In this document: piece after piece, positions 55,819 to 61,581 of the stretch
How the letters are laid out: each line of letters starts with the position of its first letter
How positions within the stretch are numbered: the first letter of the stretch is position 1
DNA from: a virus
Lineage: Duplodnaviria > Caudoviricetes
Length of the DNA: 61,581 nt
Strand: one strand, 5' to 3'
Virus record (IMG/VR): IMGVR_UViG_3300046368_001160
Location: 1-61,581 of that record
The notes under the pieces: model-generated
What the model was told of the DNA's origin: nothing
The model's input: only the letters and a program-made list of their open reading frames with translations
Database searches by the model: none
Translations under genes and position numbers: made by a program

Positions 55819-58800
55819 TTAATTATCAAATTTTATTAAAAAGTTTATAGGATAGTTCGGAAGTATTTTCACAGGCTTGCCTAATTTTGCAACCATAGCA
55901 AGTTCTAAACCACTATATAATCCAATTGTAGTTGCATATGGAGCAAGATAACTTCCAGTAGAATCTTGTTTGTCATTTTCAGAAAAGTCTTGAAAATCTT
56001 TTAATATTTCACGACCTAAGTTTTTGCCAGTCTTTTCATCTAGAAACTTCACTATACTATTTGAATCTGTTCTAGATGAATCATTATATTTACTTACCAA
56101 ATCACGAGTTAAATATGCTCCACGTCTTCCTATGAAATATCTTAATAATAAATTCGCATCAACTTCGTCAGTTTTTCCGTCTCCGTTAATATCAAACTCT
56201 CCATTATCATATTTTTCTTTTAAATTTGATACTATTTTATCATGTACTGGACGATTTTCGATTACATCAGAACTGAAAAATAAATCCATCAATAAAGCAT
56301 CTTCTGATTCTGTCATCAATATATCTTGTTTTGGCCAGTTATTTTTATCTGACAACTTGATTGATGTTTCATTTTCTATTATCTCATCATCGGTTATTTC
56401 TATATCACCAACTTCACCCATTATGTATTTAAATATGTAGGATGCATCAATAATATCAAATTTTCCATCTTGATTTATATCATACGCAATACTTCCGGTG
56501 GCCACAGATGTGGGATTTGTGCTGAAATTAAATTCATGTGGTTCAACTTTACACAATATTTCGTTTTCATATAAGGTATGCATAGATTTAAACTCTAACT
56601 CAAATCCAGACACACCACTGTTGCTTAGTACATCTGAGAAATACCCACTTCTATCAGTAAGTGCTATAATTCCATTCTTATAGAATATATTTCCTATATA
56701 ATGACGTTTATTGTCTCTTATAGCCGAGTGGTCATATGCAATAATAGAACCCACAACCTTTTTACTAAGTTGATTTATATAAGTAGGATGTATCATATCA
56801 TACTCTATAAAAAGTTTATCAGACTCCCCAAACGATACCACAGACCTTCCACCAAATGTAGTAATTTCATCAATATTAAAATTACCAAGCACAGGAGACC
56901 CAACCGAAATGAAGTTTTTACTTAAACTCACGGAATGACCATATTGTTTTTTACATGAGTATGATGTCTTGTTGGTCTTCATTCTTTTTAACTTATTACA
57001 TTTATTGTTAGTTTTGTCTATTGAGTAATAATATACATACCCGTTAATTGCAGACTTTACAGAGTTGTACACAAAGACTAATGTACTATCAAGTTCAGTG
57101 TCGGGAAGTAGGTTGATATAAAAGTGTATGTGATTTCCTACTATCTTTGTTTCATCACGATATATACCCCATGTTAATGATGAAGTTTGACCTGTTGTAT
57201 CATTGTTTGAATATACATTAACAACTTTACCACCAAGAGTTCCGATACCTGATTTGAAATTCATCGGAAGTTCGTCTTCGGATGACTCACTCGACAATGC
57301 GAAATTGATATTTATGTTTTTATTTATATCTTTGAATACATCACTCAACAAAAACCCACCATCTACATGGGGTTTCCATTTTTGTCTGTAACTAACAAGT
57401 TCCTCCTCGGTTAAGTCAAAGTTTTCGTCATCAGGACACTGATTTTCAACGGATGGTAGTGAGTTATATTTTCTTTGATTTATAAAATCTAAAGCAATTT
57501 TACTTAATACCCGTAAATTATATAAAGATAATTTATCATGGTAACTCGGTCTAATTTCTCTCAATAAATCACCAAGAAGGTGTTCATACCCAAGTTTAAC
57601 TGACCATGATTTTAGTATTTCATAATCTTTTAATTTATAGATGTCCAAAGTTTTAACCAATAAATTAAAATTTAAAAAAATGGGGTTAACTGAATCTAGT
57701 TCGTATATAAATGGTAGCATCCCTAGATTACTATCGGAATCTTTCCACCTATTCAGTATTTCTATATCTATTCGCTTTCTTGAATTTGAACTATACAAAT
57801 AAAACAACTCTTCGGTGAGTTCTTCATTTAATTCAAGTTTAGTAATTGACTCAAGTTCTCTAATTAAATCCGCATACCGAATTTGTATTTTAGGAATCCT
57901 AGTTTGTGTTCGTGTTTTCCATTTAGTTATCGTATCATGGTCACTTATATTATACAAAGTAAACGCACTTGTCATCATCTCTTCGGTCAACAAATTAAAC
58001 TCACTTATTAAATTAATTCGTTCAAATACTTCAAGAGTAGTACCCCAACTGCATGGTATTTCATATTCAACTGATATATTGGGTTTGTCAGTGAGAACCC
58101 AACAACTCCGTAACTTATCATAAAATACCGACCAGTTATGTTTATTCATGTAAACACGATTCATTGAATTTAAATCTATATCACATCCTGACACGACATT
58201 AATTGGAGATTTTACTAATCTATATACCCCGTTTATAGATTCAGTTAATTCACCTTCCACATCAGAAATTCTCAAGGTTTCGTAGCCCGTATCAATAAAG
58301 TTTGCTTTTAATGTTGTTTCACTGAGTAATGATTTATTTATGTTCAAACCATCTATTTTTACTTTTACCACCGCATCTCCTATCTCACTATTTAAATCAA
58401 GTTCGTAATCAGTTATCAGTGCTTCGTTTGTATTATAGGTTTTGTCTAAATATTTTGTTGCTCCGAATTCTAAGTCTTCAATATCAAGTTTTTTAACTCC
58501 ACCACTTTCGTTTATGTTAATATTCGTCATTTCTGTTGAATGACTTCCGACTAAAAAGTTACTTCCAAGTACAGATATATCATTTCCAAACTCTGAACTA
58601 AATTCATTTTCAAAGTTATCTTCACCATAAATTTTTTCAATGAAGTCTAAATTTTGTTCGTTTACCTTAAACACATATGCACTTCCCGCCGTATACGATG
58701 TTCTGTGATCTGTGTAGTACTTTCTGTCTACTGGATTTCCAATAACCAAAAACTTATCTGAGGCATCCATCCCTTTTCCAAATTTAGATTTTATATCTGT

Positions 58801-61581
58801 TGAATAAGTGTATGATTTTTTAACTAAGTTTTTACGAGTCTCTACGTCATAAATAATTGGATTGTTGTACATCTCTATCTTTGATTCTCCACCAATTGGT
58901 TGATTAGAAGAATCCAATAATAATATATACAACTTATGCAACCCAGATGTAAGTTGATTTTTATCTATTCTAACTTTACAATTTTCAAGTTCAGGAGAGT
59001 GGACTATCAAAGGTTTATTTAAATTTGGAGAAATGTTCTCATTCAACTCTGTGATTGTGTAGTGTGTGCCTTCTAGTGTACCGTCAAATAAAAATTCATA
59101 GAAAATCTCCGTACTATCACCCTCATTAAGAACCAACCTAACAGTCTCTCCGTTCAAAGCACTATTTGATTTTACTTCTGCTAGAAGTCTGTTTTTATCA
59201 TAACCATTCTCGGTGTTGTGATTCATATATATACTCATATGGTACTCATCTACATCCGATGATTTTTTTGAAATCGTTGGATAATAGAAACTCACACTTT
59301 CTCTGAAGTTTCTCCATCCGAGTGAAATCTCATCTTCCAAACCACTATGCTGTGTATGTGGTTCACCAAGTTCGGACATACTATAAAATGTGATTTGATT
59401 AGACGATTGTAGTATATCATCCGTAAGTTGAATATCATAGGTGTCTCTGTGACCGTAGTTGATGGGTAGTTTTCCAAAGGATTTTATTTTTTTAATTTCT
59501 GTACTTGTGCTACTTGAAATTGGATTAACATCGTGAGGTTCAACTTGATTTACCACTTCACTTTTAAGTTTTTCGACATAAAATCTATTATTTTTATCAG
59601 ATTTATTTTTTTGAAGAGGTGTGGTTGATTCTACTCTTTTTAATAAACCATGCTCCATGAGTTCACTAAGTGTATAATGTGTTCCGTTCAACGATCCGTT
59701 GTAGATAAACTCGTAATAAAACTCATCGTCAGTTTCGGACCCATAATTAAATGTCAATCTAACTGTGTGCTCGTTTAGCGAATCCTCTGCTCCTATTTCT
59801 GCTAGGGTTTTTATCGGGTCATAGTTACCGTTTTTATCTCTGGCACCATTTGCATATATGGTCATGAAACTGGGTTCTGATCCGGAACTTACACTTGGAT
59901 ATGAAAACGATACATTTTCTCTGAAGTTTTTCCAACTAATTGAAATCTCATCCATATGTGGATTGTGTTTATATGAACTTTGATTCTTATTTTTTGTGAA
60001 AAACTTTGCACCCGATGAGTTTAATAAATAGTCATCGAATTTTATCTCTGATAAAGAAACTGATGTTCCTTGGTTTGATGGTAGCGTACACTCAAACTCA
60101 ACTGATTCTCGTAATTCGTTGATTGTATAATGAGTACCATCTAGTGAACCGTGATATATAAAGTCATAGTAATACTCTTCACCTCCCACGAATCCTGAAT
60201 TGAATGTTAGTCTAACCAACTCTCCATTTAAAGTTTCTTGTGCTCCGATTTCTGCAAGTATATATAATGGATTATATGTTCCATCTGGTTGAACTGCACC
60301 GTTTCCGTATATTGTCATAACAGATGGAACATTTCCTTTTTTCACACTTGGATACGAAAACGATACATTTTCTCTGAAGTTTTTCCATGAAATATCAATT
60401 ACACCTTCACCAACCCAAGGTTCGGCATATGAAACTCCGTCTTCATTCTTTGAGAAAAACTTTGCTCTGGATTTGTTATCAAGAGGATCACTGAATTCAC
60501 GATCTGATATTGAGATGTAACCACCAAGATTCGCAGGAAGTGTACAATCAAACTCTAATGATTGCTTGAGCTCGTTGAGTGTATAGTGCGTTCCTTCAAT
60601 TGATCCACGATACATAAACTCATAATAATATTCATCACCACCAACAAATCCGGTGTTAAATGTAAGTCGCACGACTTCTCCGTTTAATGTTTCTTGTGCA
60701 CCTATTTCTGCTAAGATGTGCCTTGGATCATATGATCCATCTTTCCGTTTTGCTTCATTTGCATAAATTGCCATAAACGAAGGGTAGTCTCCTCTGGATA
60801 CATCAGGATAAGAAAACGATACATTTTCTCTGAAGTTTTTCCACGACAACCCCATTGAGTTATCAGATGAGTAAGGTTCTGTGTATGACAACCCTCCTTC
60901 AGATTTACTAAAAAGCAACGAGTTTTCATTTGCAGTTGAGTCTATTGTTGTTAGCAAAACAGGAATTCCCATATTGGGAGGTAGGGTACAATCGTAGTCA
61001 AGTTTATTTTTTAATTCATCCAGTGTAAAGTGAGAACCACCTACAGATCCTTTGTATATAAACTCATAAACTTGAGTTTTATCATTTTTACAATTATCAG
61101 CATATATAAATAATTTTACAAGTTGACCATTCATTGCATTTGAAGCACCAACTTCTGCCAACGTATAAATGGGATCATATGTTCCGTCTAGTCGTTTTGC
61201 ACCATTTGAATATATTGTCATGAAACTTGGTTCAGTTCCAGAGTCTATATTGGGATATGAAAAAGAAACATTTTCTCTAAAGTTCTTCCATGATATTGCT
61301 TGTTTTTTATCCGATGAATATGGTTCAACATATGAAAGTTGGTTTTCTGATTTAGAATAAAATTTTGGAAGTCTGCATTTTTTAAATATATTCAAATTTT
61401 CATAATCATTGATATATCTAATTGTTCCTGAGTTTATGTCTGTCTCAGCATAAGAATCATAAATATCTGTTAGTTCGTTGAGTGTATAGTGCGTTCCTTC
61501 AATTGATCCACGATACATAAACTCATAATAATATTCATCACCACCAACAAATCCGGTGTTAAATGTAAGTCGCACGACTTC
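55819..61581 (-). CDS. giant virion (baseplate/tail appendage) protein, 5'-truncated; ~150-aa repeats, FG-GAP-like and dockerin-like segments
   Basis: frame open to window edge; repeats with W(K/R)NFRE(N/S)VSF.YP; FGKGMD..LVIGNP/GSAYVF and FGNDIS FG-GAP-like motifs; DINQDGKFDIIDA and DINGDGKTDEVDA loops; C-terminal YATTIGLY...VAKLGKPVK. Confidence 0.75.
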   Translation of the reverse strand, partial: EVVRLTFNTGFVGGDEYYYEFMYRGSIEGTHYTLNELTDIYDSYAETDINSGTIRYINDYENLNIFKKCRLPKFYSKSENQLSYVEPYSSDKKQAISWKNFRENVSFSYPNIDSGTEPSFMTIYSNGAKRLDGTYDPIYTLAEVGASNAMNGQLVKLFIYADNCKNDKTQVYEFIYKGSVGGSHFTLDELKNKLDYDCTLPPNMGIPVLLTTIDSTANENSLLFSKSEGGLSYTEPYSSDNSMGLSWKNFRENVSFSYPDVSRGDYPSFMAIYANEAKRKDGSYDPRHILAEIGAQETLNGEVVRLTFNTGFVGGDEYYYEFMYRGSIEGTHYTLNELKQSLEFDCTLPANLGGYISISDREFSDPLDNKSRAKFFSKNEDGVSYAEPWVGEGVIDISWKNFRENVSFSYPSVKKGNVPSVMTIYGNGAVQPDGTYNPLYILAEIGAQETLNGELVRLTFNSGFVGGEEYYYDFIYHGSLDGTHYTINELRESVEFECTLPSNQGTSVSLSEIKFDDYLLNSSGAKFFTKNKNQSSYKHNPHMDEISISWKNFRENVSFSYPSVSSGSEPSFMTIYANGARDKNGNYDPIKTLAEIGAEDSLNEHTVRLTFNYGSETDDEFYYEFIYNGSLNGTHYTLSELMEHGLLKRVESTTPLQKNKSDKNNRFYVEKLKSEVVNQVEPHDVNPISSSTSTEIKKIKSFGKLPINYGHRDTYDIQLTDDILQSSNQITFYSMSELGEPHTQHSGLEDEISLGWRNFRESVSFYYPTISKKSSDVDEYHMSIYMNHNTENGYDKNRLLAEVKSNSALNGETVRLVLNEGDSTEIFYEFLFDGTLEGTHYTITELNENISPNLNKPLIVHSPELENCKVRIDKNQLTSGLHKLYILLLDSSNQPIGGESKIEMYNNPIIYDVETRKNLVKKSYTYSTDIKSKFGKGMDASDKFLVIGNPVDRKYYTDHRTSYTAGSAYVFKVNEQNLDFIEKIYGEDNFENEFSSEFGNDISVLGSNFLVGSHSTEMTNININESGGVKKLDIEDLEFGATKYLDKTYNTNEALITDYELDLNSEIGDAVVKVKIDGLNINKSLLSETTLKANFIDTGYETLRISDVEGELTESINGVYRLVKSPINVVSGCDIDLNSMNRVYMNKHNWSVFYDKLRSCWVLTDKPNISVEYEIPCSWGTTLEVFERINLISEFNLLTEEMMTSAFTLYNISDHDTITKWKTRTQTRIPKIQIRYADLIRELESITKLELNEELTEELFYLYSSNSRKRIDIEILNRWKDSDSNLGMLPFIYELDSVNPIFLNFNLLVKTLDIYKLKDYEILKSWSVKLGYEHLLGDLLREIRPSYHDKLSLYNLRVLSKIALDFINQRKYNSLPSVENQCPDDENFDLTEEELVSYRQKWKPHVDGGFLLSDVFKDINKNININFALSSESSEDELPMNFKSGIGTLGGKVVNVYSNNDTTGQTSSLTWGIYRDETKIVGNHIHFYINLLPDTELDSTLVFVYNSVKSAINGYVYYYSIDKTNNKCNKLKRMKTNKTSYSCKKQYGHSVSLSKNFISVGSPVLGNFNIDEITTFGGRSVVSFGESDKLFIEYDMIHPTYINQLSKKVVGSIIAYDHSAIRDNKRHYIGNIFYKNGIIALTDRSGYFSDVLSNSGVSGFELEFKSMHTLYENEILCKVEPHEFNFSTNPTSVATGSIAYDINQDGKFDIIDASYIFKYIMGEVGDIEITDDEIIENETSIKLSDKNNWPKQDILMTESEDALLMDLFFSSDVIENRPVHDKIVSNLKEKYDNGEFDINGDGKTDEVDANLLLRYFIGRRGAYLTRDLVSKYNDSSRTDSNSIVKFLDEKTGKNLGREILKDFQDFSENDKQDSTGSYLAPYATTIGLYSGLELAMVAKLGKPVKILPNYPINFLIKFDN
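60572..60678. repeat. 107-bp exact direct repeat, copy 1
   Basis: identical to 61475-61581. Confidence 0.92.
61475..61581. repeat. 107-bp exact direct repeat, copy 2 (runs off window end)
   Basis: identical to 60572-60678. Confidence 0.92.

Noticed and set aside
61-61360. Numerous plus-strand ORFs (e.g. 33224-33832, 43055-43582, 14677-15129, 25042-25395)
   Set aside because: All lie antisense to long coherent minus-strand genes and have biased compositions typical of shadow ORFs
60572-61581. Diversity-generating retroelement template/variable repeat pair
   Set aside because: The copies are fully identical with no adenine-specific mismatches, both are inside one ORF, and no reverse transcriptase is present in the window
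1-61581. Stop-codon reassignment
   Set aside because: Core genes are full length under the standard code, coding density is high, and TAA, TAG and TGA all serve as stops
1-61581. tRNA, rRNA, integrase or transposase genes
   Set aside because: Intergenic gaps are short and AT-rich with no cloverleaf; no recombinase or transposase motifs were recognised

Overview
A 61.6-kb, AT-rich fragment of a large myovirus-type tailed phage, distantly T4-like. Essentially all real genes are on the minus strand, and the code looks standard. In transcription order (right to left) it holds: (1) a truncated giant repeat-rich virion protein; (2) a translationally coupled operon of RuvC-like resolvase, primase, SbcD(N), a glycosyltransferase and SbcD(C)/SbcC; (3) a cluster of probable head-packaged proteins, including a P-loop kinase and a HIGH-nucleotidyltransferase/ligase-like fusion; (4) TerL, a lipoprotein, portal, prohead protease, scaffold and major capsid protein; (5) neck proteins, a gp15-like protein fused to Pro/Thr linkers and Calx-beta-like domains, tail sheath and tube; (6) a gp26-like/gp51-like pair apparently joined by a programmed +1 (or -2) frameshift, tape measure and baseplate genes; (7) a compact PolA-family polymerase. 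Two promoter classes are visible: sigma70-like TTGnnn-17-TAnnAT sites, and at least 14 copies of sense-strand ATATTTAT, an inverted version of the T4 late promoter core. No tRNA, rRNA, CRISPR array, integrase or transposase was seen. Family assignments come from motif recognition by eye, not database searches.
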